A stretch of DNA of 64,000 nt. It comes from Histomonas meleagridis 2922-C6/04-290x (Eukaryota > Protista > Parabasalia). The stretch covers positions 248,001 to 312,000 of the forward strand of contig JAANOX010000042.1 of assembly GCA_020184695.1 (NCBI GenBank), read 5' to 3'. Positions within the stretch are counted from its first letter, which is position 1. Each line of letters opens with the position of its first letter. Shown one piece after another: positions 10,470 through 20,893 of the stretch. The notes under the pieces are model-generated. The model was given only the letters and a program-made list of their open reading frames with translations. It searched no databases and was not told the origin of the DNA. The translations under genes and the position numbers were made by a program.

Positions 10470-11179
10470 TCTTGTCGAGATGGAACAAATGTTTGTTTTT
10501 ACATTAAATAATTATATAATAATAAAATCATATTTTCCTTTATTTGATAATTTTTAATGAGAGTGTGTTAATAATATCTGCATATTCCATAACTAATGTT
10601 CCGATACCCTTCGGAATAGCAACTAAAGGCGGATGTGATCGAGCAGAAACCCGTTAAAACTAAATAGCGGATTTTTTCACCATTTCTTTGTAATCTACAT
10701 TGAAGTTACTCACTTCAGTCAAACTCTTAAACCTAAACAAAATGCATACCATAAGGAAACATATTATAAACTCATACATACTTCCGCTCAAAAGCGCTGC
10801 ATAATGATACAAATTCTTCACATATCATTATATCGATATTTATGTATATACAATAATATATACACATATAAAAATAAATATCAAATAAAACAGTAGAAAG
10901 TGAAGAAATACGATCAGAAGCCTCATTAACATCATTAAAAGCAATTGCTGTATTAATTAATACATGCAAGAAAACTTAGCTTGGCTTCATCAAGCAGCAG
11001 TTACAGAACCAATGCCATTTGTACATCCTTTGCATACATAAGAAAAATTTAAAGCTATAATTCCATAATGAAATGACATTAAATTTCTCTCATGTAAATG
11101 ACATCAACTATAATATGTAAATAATAAATTTCGATCATAAATCTTTATTCAAATAGAGTTTCAGCTATTAACAATAGCG

Positions 11180-13333
11180 TTATTCATCCAAAAATGGATT
11201 TTCATTATCATTTTCGAGTTCTCTTTGCTTATCCAACAACTCTTTCACGACAGTTATTCTCCTGGACGTTATGAACGACAGCAGCGCCACCAGCAGCACA
11301 AAAACGAGCAGCATCCCGACGACCAACAGCGCGACCGCTGCACCTCCTCCGTTGCCCCCGTCCACATCTTGCTTGTGCCCTATGACCACCTCCATTTTGT
11401 ATGTTTTGCTTTTTCCTCTGCAGTATCCGAACCATTCATAAGATTTACTTGCGTCATCAGGCTTATACAGTATGTTATTCCATACGCTTGTGTTGCACGA
11501 CGACGACGAAACGAAAGTATCGCTTCTTTCGAACGAGAAGCTGCTTCTGTTTGCAAGAAGACTTTCGTTGAACGCGAATCCCGTTTTGTTTGCATGGAGC
11601 ATTAGTGTTCTTTGTGCTGCGCTATAGTAAAACGTGATGACGTTCGACAAATAGAAGAAATTTTCTTGCCCATTCACATATTTGGTGTTAAATGTATAAC
11701 TCAGTTCGTAAGCAATGTCTGTTTTGAAATTGATTCCAATGATTTCTATGTTCCGATTAAACTCGAAATCATTGAAGTCGAGATTCACAAAGTTAAACGG
11801 TGCGTATTCATAACTTGATTCGTACTTGACGTGGTCCTTCGTGTACACATTGATCGATATCTCTTGCGATTTGTAAACTTTTGTTTCAAGTTTTATATAC
11901 GATGGGTTCCAAAGAATAATGTGCGGAATATCTGCCGCGTTATCGATTGACAAGGAAACATTCGAAAGCGTTATATTAATCGGAGAAAAACTTTTATCGT
12001 AAAAGATCGTAGTTAATGAATAAGAAGACGACCTCCTGATTACTAGTTTGAAGGACGAAAGTTGAATCTTATCAGCTTCAAACCCATCGATGATGGTGAC
12101 CTTTTTCCAATCAGGTGTGTAGACGTTGTTCAGGTCAGTAATAGTTTTAGCTGTCAATGTGCCGCAAAGAGTCGCGTTGACAGCTACCGAAAACTTGTTG
12201 TTATAAAGATATAAGTTCTGTACCATTAATGCAGAATCAATATACAAGCGTATGTTAGTGTTGATAAGGGAAAAGTTGTACAGTTTAGAGAGAGAACTTC
12301 CATCACATTGTAAATTGACGTTATATGTACTTGTGGTGTTCTTTTCGATGATGAGATTCGAATTCTCTTTGAACGTTTTCCCTTTTAGATTTATGGTATA
12401 TGTTTTTGAGTCAACAGCATAATAATACGTTGGAATGTATCCGATGTCTGTGAATTTGTTCGTTGAATATGTGTAAGTGAATTGATATAAGTAATTATCA
12501 AAATTAAATGAAACATCGTTGATGTAATTTGCGCGGAAACCACACGGATTTTCACCTTTGGTGTCATAGACAATATCTTTGGTAAAGTATATGGAATGAA
12601 TATAGGCATCATTACTTAACGATAAATCATCAAATGAAATGGAGGTGAATTTAAGTGGGAAATATCCATTGTTGGAGACAAGAGAACAAGAAATTACAGA
12701 AGAAATGGTTACATAGTACTCATTATTTGGATCTGATAATGAATAGCCATAAGTATTTATCGTACTAACATATGTTATTTCGATTTTAGGAAGCTTTTTG
12801 AAATCAAGAGCGTCTTTGTGAATTGATAAATAAATAGTATCTCCATCAAATTTAAAACTTTCATCATATGATGAAGAATAATAAGTAATGGCATCACCTA
12901 ATGTAAAGAACTCATCACCAAGAGATATGTTGTAAGATGAAGATACTTTGCCTTCAAATTGTAGTTTGCTATATTCTGGAATCACTAAATTTTCTAAATT
13001 GTCATGATCGTAGATGATAAGTTTCCCAACTTGTGAAGCATCAACTTTGTTTGCAAATTTGGAACCCTGCGTCAATTTCAATACGTCGACAGATAAAGAA
13101 AGGGGCGTAACCATTGTTACTATTTCATTCACGATTGTCAAACCTTTCACGTATGGAACTGAAGCCTGATCGATAGTCAAGTTGCATGTAGCAGCTCTCG
13201 AAATTTGTCTATAATATTGAATTACGATTGATGTATCCTCTACGAGATCTTTAACTTGTGCGTCTGCATTGTCCATGTCAACTAGATTTATGATTTTTTC
13301 CACGATTCCTAAGACAAGAAAGATGGTGAGCAT
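11180..13333 (-). CDS. Single-pass (type I) surface protein of unknown family, ~717 aa
   Basis: The first ATG (13333) gives a signal-like MLTIFLVLGIV. A beta-rich ectodomain is followed by a Gly linker, a TM helix (AAVALLVVGMLLVFVLLVALLSFIT) and an acidic tail ending ENPFLDE. Confidence 0.8.
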   Translation of the reverse strand: MLTIFLVLGIVEKIINLVDMDNADAQVKDLVEDTSIVIQYYRQISRAATCNLTIDQASVPYVKGLTIVNEIVTMVTPLSLSVDVLKLTQGSKFANKVDASQVGKLIIYDHDNLENLVIPEYSKLQFEGKVSSSYNISLGDEFFTLGDAITYYSSSYDESFKFDGDTIYLSIHKDALDFKKLPKIEITYVSTINTYGYSLSDPNNEYYVTISSVISCSLVSNNGYFPLKFTSISFDDLSLSNDAYIHSIYFTKDIVYDTKGENPCGFRANYINDVSFNFDNYLYQFTYTYSTNKFTDIGYIPTYYYAVDSKTYTINLKGKTFKENSNLIIEKNTTSTYNVNLQCDGSSLSKLYNFSLINTNIRLYIDSALMVQNLYLYNNKFSVAVNATLCGTLTAKTITDLNNVYTPDWKKVTIIDGFEADKIQLSSFKLVIRRSSSYSLTTIFYDKSFSPINITLSNVSLSIDNAADIPHIILWNPSYIKLETKVYKSQEISINVYTKDHVKYESSYEYAPFNFVNLDFNDFEFNRNIEIIGINFKTDIAYELSYTFNTKYVNGQENFFYLSNVITFYYSAAQRTLMLHANKTGFAFNESLLANRSSFSFERSDTFVSSSSCNTSVWNNILYKPDDASKSYEWFGYCRGKSKTYKMEVVIGHKQDVDGGNGGGAAVALLVVGMLLVFVLLVALLSFITSRRITVVKELLDKQRELENDNENPFLDE

Positions 13334-13410
13334 TTGAACCGTTCCAAATGTTGTAAATTTGTCGTTTTCAAATTTTGAAAAATGCCAGTGGCACTTTTGT
13401 GATAAAAAAA

Positions 13411-14025
13411 ATGTTTTTGCTTTCATTGTTTAGGATTGCTTTTTGTTTTGATCCATATGTGTACATTGAAGCAAAAGACAAAGATGAATATACTATGTCT
13501 ATACCTTCTGGAGAAACTATAATAGTTCACCTCCCACAAAGCATGGCTTTCTATTTGAAAAAAGACGATCAAGTTGAAATCACATACAACCCTCAAGGGA
13601 AGCTTCCACAGGGACCATTCTCCAATAAAAACTTGATTGCTGGTTGTCTATATCGAGATAAGGAAGCAAATGTAACTATCAAATCTTTAAAGGGAAATGG
13701 ACAATATTCACGACCAGAAATAACAACAATGGATATTGCGCTAAATTGCAGTGCTTCATGTATCGATAACCTCATGGTACCAAAGTTAAGTTTGAAACGT
13801 GATCGCTTTAGCATGATGGGTGATGGGCTACTTTACAACAATGCACCTTCTGTTGCATGGGGAGGCGTTATTGGTATATATTTAGGCGTAATCACATTTG
13901 TTGCTTATGTCGCATTTTCTGTTATCTGGAGGAGGCGTTCCCATATTGAGGAACCCATAACCCCCGCACAATCTAGAGGCGGTCGTGCAAGTAATTTATA
14001 CAGTAATTTGTTGGGAGAACAGTAG
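13411..14025 (+). CDS. Small type I membrane protein of unknown function
   Basis: ATG at 13411 gives a signal-like MFLLSLFRIAFC; C-terminal TM GGVIGIYLGVITFVAYVAFSVIW followed by RRR. Confidence 0.75.
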   Translation: MFLLSLFRIAFCFDPYVYIEAKDKDEYTMSIPSGETIIVHLPQSMAFYLKKDDQVEITYNPQGKLPQGPFSNKNLIAGCLYRDKEANVTIKSLKGNGQYSRPEITTMDIALNCSASCIDNLMVPKLSLKRDRFSMMGDGLLYNNAPSVAWGGVIGIYLGVITFVAYVAFSVIWRRRSHIEEPITPAQSRGGRASNLYSNLLGEQ

Positions 14026-14720
14026 CGTAAACAAAATTAATTTCACTTTTTCTCTAAATGTAAATTAATAAAATATATTTTAAACAAATAAAATATAATT
14101 GTATACATGCAAAAATTATTGTTGACATTGATTTTCGGAAATGAGAGAAAATCAATAAATTATGGAATTTCCTAAAACATTTATTCCTAATATTTTTTAT
14201 GCACATCTGAATAAAAATAAAATCTTAATTTATATATGATTTGATTTAATAAGTATTCATCAAGTTTTTAGTGAAAATACATAAAAAACTTTCTAAAATT
14301 CTTTAAGTATATTTTGATGTTTTTTGAAAAATTGTATGAACCAATTTTTTTCTAACATATATTTAGATATAGTACAAAAATAAAAGTATATAGTGATAAC
14401 GGAGTAATCAAAAAATAAAAATAAGTTTCAAAAAAACTTAGGTTTGATGATGATTATTTAAATTGAATCTGAAATGTGATATGAATTTACAATTCATAAA
14501 AAATCACAAAAACAAATGAAACACAATTTTTTTGCTCTAATGTTTACACTACGCTATGGTAGATTATCCTTCGAATGTTTTCAAATATTTCTATTATATT
14601 GATCACAAATATCACTTTTTGTTAGTTGGAATACTGAAAATCATATTATTAAAAGAAATTGGGAAAACGATATAAACTATTTAATCGGAGTCACATAAAC
14701 ATTAAGCTACATTAGATACA

Positions 14721-16310
14721 TCAAAGCAAGCTTCTCCAGTTGAGAATGTTTGCTCCAGATATTTGGAATATACTTGCAGACGATAGCGAAAACACGAACA
14801 TTCCGAACGGTATCAGTGCATAGTACAGCAAGTACGTTGTTTTCCTTTGTGCCTCGTCGACTATTTCGTTCGTCTTCTTGATTCTATAATCCAAAGGCAG
14901 TGCGAACTCATTCTTCTCAGTTTCTTCCTTTTGCAATATCCATCCCGGAAAGACCAAATTCCCACAAAATTGATCTGTTTCTGCTCCCTCGAAGATGTTA
15001 TATGTTCTTGTGAAAGCAGGAATTTTCTCGAAGTAGATGAATAAGAAGAGCGCAACAAACGACGGCACAAAGAAAAGAAATATTATAAATGCCACAAGAT
15101 ATGAGCTAAAAGTGGAACCATTTGGAGATGCTGCTGCTGCTATGTCAACGATTATCAGATTCAATGCTTCTCCAATTGCAATTGTGAAGAATGCCCATGA
15201 ATCGTACGGCCTAATGACGATGATCGCAACGGCATAAAGAACCATCAAAATGCAAGCAACAATTGGTTGGTCACATGCGGCGAAAATCGCATAAAAAATT
15301 TTCACAACAATCTCAACAAAAGGCCACCAATATGCGCTGCGCTTAACCCCTTTGGAGACATACGCATGAAGACGATTAGACTTCATTATGTAGTCTCGGT
15401 ACTCGCCATCGTTCAGGAAGCAGGCGGTTTTGTAAAGCTGCCAAACGGATGATGCTTGAAGTGCAATGGGCAAAAGCATGCGAAAAATGACAACAAACAA
15501 CGCTACAGACCAGAAAACGCTGCCTTCAACTTTGGTTGCATCAACTAATTTCTTGATAATTGGAATGAATGTGTAATGGAGATATAGGATAAAGAGCTTC
15601 TGAGTCATCCTTTGGGGAACAGCTCCACCGAATTTGTACGCAACAAACTGAACGGCAGTTAGTGCAACAACAAGAAATAGATATAAAAAGAAGAGACCAG
15701 TGGATTTGTTGCATGAACCTGAAATGGCCATCATAAATATAGGTAAACCAGATAAAAAGTCGAAATATTTTTCTTGTATTAATCTTGATGTGTCAGAATA
15801 GATATCCTTGAACGTTTCGATGAATGGCACAAATAGCTTTTTAAAGTAAATTGTATCTAAGACAACCAAAATAACTAAAATCACGAGGAATAGAATAAAA
15901 ACAACGATGCCTCCAGTTGTTTGAATAAATGATAATCCAATCCCTATCGGAACGAGAAAAACTGATATAATTATTGTGTAAATAAAGGGGGAGCGCTCAA
16001 AAAGTTGAGCAGCAACCATGAAAATGAAATACATTGTCATGCATATCGCATCAATATTCAATATTTGATTTTCCATTATGTCGGATCCAATCCCACTTGA
16101 AAAGGTCTTCGTTAGGTATGTAGTCCATGACAGAAAAGATTGAACTGATGCTGGGACTTTGTTGAAAAAGGAAGATATTATTGTTGATCCTTGTGCAATG
16201 TGAATTAATGATAGGATGATTGTCCGTAAAAGGCCGCTATCATGGATTCGGTTGAAAAAAAATATTACAGAATTCAAAACGGAGTTACTTTTAGCTGTTT
16301 TTTCTAACAT
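14721..16310 (-). CDS. Polytopic membrane protein of unknown function
   Basis: Long ORF with roughly a dozen hydrophobic segments. The first in-frame ATG is at 16310. Confidence 0.8.
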   Translation of the reverse strand: MLEKTAKSNSVLNSVIFFFNRIHDSGLLRTIILSLIHIAQGSTIISSFFNKVPASVQSFLSWTTYLTKTFSSGIGSDIMENQILNIDAICMTMYFIFMVAAQLFERSPFIYTIIISVFLVPIGIGLSFIQTTGGIVVFILFLVILVILVVLDTIYFKKLFVPFIETFKDIYSDTSRLIQEKYFDFLSGLPIFMMAISGSCNKSTGLFFLYLFLVVALTAVQFVAYKFGGAVPQRMTQKLFILYLHYTFIPIIKKLVDATKVEGSVFWSVALFVVIFRMLLPIALQASSVWQLYKTACFLNDGEYRDYIMKSNRLHAYVSKGVKRSAYWWPFVEIVVKIFYAIFAACDQPIVACILMVLYAVAIIVIRPYDSWAFFTIAIGEALNLIIVDIAAAASPNGSTFSSYLVAFIIFLFFVPSFVALFLFIYFEKIPAFTRTYNIFEGAETDQFCGNLVFPGWILQKEETEKNEFALPLDYRIKKTNEIVDEAQRKTTYLLYYALIPFGMFVFSLSSASIFQISGANILNWRSLL

Positions 16311-16431
16311 TTGGAAGAGTTTTGCCAGTTTAAACGATACGCAAAATTGATTGAAAAATTTAACAATTTTCAGTGAAAAACAATGAAAATTTAAACGTTT
16401 TTTTTTGGAATTTGCCAAGTAACAATTAGAA

Positions 16432-18819
16432 ATGGGATCAGGACCAAGTGTTCAATATTTTGGACCAGAAGAGAATGAAATAATGCAAGAGCTTCGTGAT
16501 ATGTACGAAGGCAGAGTTAATAGTCAAGTGCTTCTAGAAAAGTATACAATCAATTATAATCCATTAATAATCGAACAAATTCTTATAAGCCCTCACGACA
16601 TTTTCCAACCCAATCCTCAAGGCGTTTATTGGATGCAATTTGCTTTACATCATAAAAGTGGCAAGGAAAATGATCAAAACGCTCGAGCTAATTATTGTAG
16701 ATTCCAATCATTTGTTCGCTCCACAATTAAGAACAATGTGATATATGATAAGAATTCTGTTCTACAAGAAATTATATTGAGGCCATTTAGTCGCACCAAG
16801 GATTTGCTTGACTTTTATAATTCAGTCAATCTCAATAATCTTGAACGTGTTATGTTATTAGTTGGATTAGGTGTTGAATTAGATTTAAGACGAAAAGAAG
16901 ACAGGACAACGAGTCTTATGTTTTGTGCACAAAAGAATTTTTATGATATTGCACATGTTCTTTTAAACAATTACTGCGACCCAAACAAAGCCAATGACGC
17001 TGGCCAAAATTCATTTTGGATAGCAGCTGTCAATGGTCATTATGATCTCTCCACATTAATCCAGCAAAAAGGCGGTGACATCAACCAGAAAGACAGGAAC
17101 GGGAGAACCGTACTTCATTATTCATATTCGATAATTTCAGAAAATTATCAATTATTTGATTACCTCCTTAAAGCCGGTGCAAATCCCAACATCAAAGACG
17201 CCAACGAAAACACAGTTCAATTCATAGCATATCTCACACGCGATGATCAAATTGCTGAGATGATTCAAGACAATTATGGAGGCGACATTTCAGTTCAAGG
17301 AGCCAACGGCAACACTCTTGCACATCTTGCGATGATTGATGGCGACAAATCACGTGTCCTTTACCTCATTGATCGTAGGATTGACATAAATATTCACAAC
17401 GACAAACGTGAAACTGTTTTCTCAATCTCTATTCTCTTTTATGACGACTTCGACTTCTGCCAAAAGCTTTTACTCAGCGGCGCCGACATTAATACGATTG
17501 GCCCAAACGGGGGCACCCCATTTATTCGGGTCTGTCAAGCAGATCAATTTCGAAGGGACAAATTTGATTTCTTACTTAATAACAAGTGCAACATTGACAT
17601 CCAAAACAATTCGCGCGAGTTCCCGATTTCTGTATTACTCCAAAGGCAACTTTACAATGAAGCCCAAATTCTATATGATATGAATTGTCTGATTAATGAT
17701 CCCGAATCTAAATACGAGCCAATTGTTATTGCTCTTCAACAAGCTAATCAATATTGGGTTGAAGCCCTAATACATCATGGCGCTAATGCCGCAAATAACA
17801 AATTCCCTGTCTTGTTGACTTACATGAAGTTGCCTTTCTTTAACTTTGAGCTTGTTAAAGGGATGAAACAATGGAACTTTGTTATTGGCGCGCCGTTACA
17901 ATATGCGATGATCTGTAAGAACTACGAAGTCATCTGGTTCATCTGGGAAAACTCTGACGAAAGCACACGAGTGAAGATATCAGCCGAAAAAGACGAAAAC
18001 GGATCGACTCCACTGAACTTAGCGCTTGATCTTGGAATGGACGATCTCGTTAATGTTCTCATTCGTAAAGGGTTCAACGTTACCAGTGCAGACCGACACA
18101 ACAGCACACCATTCATCAAAGTGTGCAAACTCCACAACCAGCGCTGGATGAATGACATCTGGAAATTGATTGACATTACCAATGCGAACACTATTGACGA
18201 CACAGGTAACAGTGCGTTGTCATATTGCGCAGGGCACGGCGATATCAACTTCTGTAACAAAATGTTTGTTCATGGCATTGCGATCAAAGGCAATTACGAT
18301 TCCAATGGAATCATGCAAGCGTACAGAACCCTTTTGTCGTCATACAAAAGCTTACTTTCGTTTGCTGTTTCAGTCGAAGGTTCTCTGAGCTTAGAATACC
18401 AATCGGCGAAGAGTAAACACCATCAAATCGAAAGTGAGGTCAATCGTCTGCAAGATGACAACAAGCGCTGCTACAACGACATCTCAAGCGAGCAACGAAA
18501 AGAGAATCCAAACATGTCATACATCAGCTCGAAGCATTCAAGGATAAACGAAAATAATAAAGCATTAACAAGAGAAACAGAAAAGCTCAGTAAGGCAAGA
18601 GTGGAAATGGAAAGAGCACAAATGATTTACGACGATTATAGAAGAAGAGTTTCTACATTGAGGAATGCAGACAGAGAAGACATCCTGTACAATTTCGCGG
18701 GCCTGGTGAGGAGTATAGATTCTGGAGAGGCATTCAGTCAGGCGCGTATGAGCGGGGGAGTACTCGATGATATATACAGCGACGCGCACCAGGCGCAGAA
18801 GGTGCTCCAAGTGAATTAA
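16432..18819 (+). CDS. Ankyrin-repeat protein with possible N-myristoylation site and C-terminal coiled coil
   Basis: 795 aa, uninterrupted. Starts MGSGPS, with repeats such as DRNGRTVLH, NGNTLAHLA and NGSTPLNLA, then a heptad-rich C-terminus. Confidence 0.9.
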   Translation: MGSGPSVQYFGPEENEIMQELRDMYEGRVNSQVLLEKYTINYNPLIIEQILISPHDIFQPNPQGVYWMQFALHHKSGKENDQNARANYCRFQSFVRSTIKNNVIYDKNSVLQEIILRPFSRTKDLLDFYNSVNLNNLERVMLLVGLGVELDLRRKEDRTTSLMFCAQKNFYDIAHVLLNNYCDPNKANDAGQNSFWIAAVNGHYDLSTLIQQKGGDINQKDRNGRTVLHYSYSIISENYQLFDYLLKAGANPNIKDANENTVQFIAYLTRDDQIAEMIQDNYGGDISVQGANGNTLAHLAMIDGDKSRVLYLIDRRIDINIHNDKRETVFSISILFYDDFDFCQKLLLSGADINTIGPNGGTPFIRVCQADQFRRDKFDFLLNNKCNIDIQNNSREFPISVLLQRQLYNEAQILYDMNCLINDPESKYEPIVIALQQANQYWVEALIHHGANAANNKFPVLLTYMKLPFFNFELVKGMKQWNFVIGAPLQYAMICKNYEVIWFIWENSDESTRVKISAEKDENGSTPLNLALDLGMDDLVNVLIRKGFNVTSADRHNSTPFIKVCKLHNQRWMNDIWKLIDITNANTIDDTGNSALSYCAGHGDINFCNKMFVHGIAIKGNYDSNGIMQAYRTLLSSYKSLLSFAVSVEGSLSLEYQSAKSKHHQIESEVNRLQDDNKRCYNDISSEQRKENPNMSYISSKHSRINENNKALTRETEKLSKARVEMERAQMIYDDYRRRVSTLRNADREDILYNFAGLVRSIDSGEAFSQARMSGGVLDDIYSDAHQAQKVLQVN

Positions 18820-19471
18820 ATCACAGTTTATTAGTAAATCTTAAGGAAAACAAAGTTTAATCTTTATGAAGAGAAATTTGGTAATTGGAATTTGTGCTGG
18901 AAGTTTCCCATTAAGGAAATAACAAAGGAAACAAATCAACTTTTAGAAGAATCTTATCAGATGACAGAAGCTCTGAATTCAAAATTATGAAATGTACCAG
19001 ATAGGATTTAAAACTTTTGTATAAGGCTGATGTTTTTTGTTATAAATAGGTGGTTAATATTAATTTTTCTGGCGAGTTGTTGAATTAACGATAGATATAC
19101 TATTCAATTTTAAAAAAGTGGGAAACACAGGATTTATTTTAATCCAATTTATCGAAATATCAACAAAAAACTCTATCTGATAAGGATCTTCCGTAAAGCT
19201 GCAAAGGAAATGAAGCAGCGCTATAAAAAAAGGAATGAATCATTTTCATCTTTAATTTTCAAAGTTCTTAAACAAATCCAGACATTGATATGTCCAATTA
19301 GTTGGTTATGAACAACTTTGTAACAGTATCAAAGTGAAATTTAACTTTCCTTTATGCATCAGATAATCCTTTTAAAAATTAATAACTTTAAATGTAAACT
19401 CATGTTAAGGAAAAATAAAATCAATTTTTCAGGGGTATTTTTACTTGACGTTAGTGCTCCCCAATTTCACT

Positions 19472-20365
19472 TTACCACATTGGTGGTTGCCAATACGGTT
19501 GCTGCTGCATTCCATAGCCTGGCTGCATGTAGTAATTCGGCTGGTAGCCACCGAAAGGTGGTGGAGGAGGTGGTGGTGGTTCATCGAAAACGCGCTTGCC
19601 GAATTTAATGTGTTCCATTTCTTTCCTGCAACAGCGTCCCCTCATTCTTCGTGGTGGCGGAGGAGGTGGCGGCATTCCATGATGCTTCCTCATGCACCAT
19701 GGCGGCGGTGGTGGCATTCCGTGCTTGCGCATGCACCATGGCGGAGGTGGCGGCGGCATCATACCAAATCTCCTAAAGAACCGCTTCTTCATCCACCAAG
19801 AATGAGGTGGTGGCATTCGACATTTCATGAAGCAGGGATGATCTCTCATGCAGCACTTACGCATCTTTTCCATACGTTTGCAGCAGCGGCCCTTCATCAT
19901 CTTGTGCTTACGGTATGGCATCTCGCGTTCACTTTCACTGGACTCTTCAGATGAGGATTCTGATTCTCGGAAATGCTTCCTCTTGAATGGACAGGGCCTT
20001 TCGTTGTCACTTGATGAAGAAGATTCTCTTTCGAAACGCCTGTGGTGGCAGTGTCCTCTCTTGAATGGACATGGTTTTTCTTCTTCTGATTCTTTTTCTT
20101 CATCTTCTTCATTGGTTTCTTCCTTTGGCCTCTTGACTGGCAACTGTTTTGACTTGCGGCTTGATCTCTTTTGGATGATCTGATCGATGTAATTTCTCAT
20201 ATTTTGAAGAATATCAAGGATTTCATCATCGTCTTCTGAGCTTTCGACTGCATCTTCATTCTCTTTCTCAGTCTTCTTTTCAGCTTCATCTTCGATATTT
20301 TGTTCCTTTATTGGATTCTCTTCAAATTGCTTTTCCATCGAAAGTACAAGTGAAGTGAACAACAT
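19472..20365 (-). CDS. Low-complexity acidic/Pro-Cys-Met-rich protein
   Basis: ATG at 20365. Acidic N-half with two CPFKR motifs, then repeated MPPPPPPWCMRKH units. Confidence 0.7.
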   Translation of the reverse strand: MLFTSLVLSMEKQFEENPIKEQNIEDEAEKKTEKENEDAVESSEDDDEILDILQNMRNYIDQIIQKRSSRKSKQLPVKRPKEETNEEDEEKESEEEKPCPFKRGHCHHRRFERESSSSSDNERPCPFKRKHFRESESSSEESSESEREMPYRKHKMMKGRCCKRMEKMRKCCMRDHPCFMKCRMPPPHSWWMKKRFFRRFGMMPPPPPPWCMRKHGMPPPPPWCMRKHHGMPPPPPPPRRMRGRCCRKEMEHIKFGKRVFDEPPPPPPPPFGGYQPNYYMQPGYGMQQQPYWQPPMW

Positions 20366-20893
20366 TTCGTTGTTTGTGTGGAAACAGAAAATTGAATTGT
20401 CCAAACAGTTAGTAAACTATTTTAATTTAAGTATTTCAATACTTGGAAGGAAATTTTGATTGAAAAAGTAAAATTATGACATTCAGAATTCCCACGTTGT
20501 AATTGCAAATAATAGATGAACGTGAAGTATTTTTCATAACAGAGATCTACATCGAAAGTTTTTCTAATTTCAAAAACCTTCATATCACAGATTTTGATCT
20601 TATGCTTATATCAAAAAATATCACAATTATCTCAAATTTCGGAAAAGACTCATAACTTCGTATTTGAATTCACACAAAAATATGAAGAATACCAATGCTT
20701 ATGGGTTATTTTGTTCTTTATTAATTTTAAGTAAACGCAAATTTAATTGTCATTATTATAGATTTCGCATTTCATGAGAAAATGAGCCTAATTTTTTTAA
20801 ATTATACCGATTTATAAGGATATATTAATGTTTCCCAATAAGAAAGTTTATAGTTATTAAATTTTTATATTTATAAAAATAAGTAAATAAGAA

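Noticed and set aside
10550-11000. Coding-like fragments on the minus strand between the bromodomain gene and the 717-aa gene
   Set aside because: Short pieces in different frames with no identifiable family; they cannot be supported as a gene.
19445-20183. Plus-strand Trp/Arg-rich and Ser-rich ORFs
   Set aside because: Antisense shadows of the poly-Pro and acidic gene on the minus strand.
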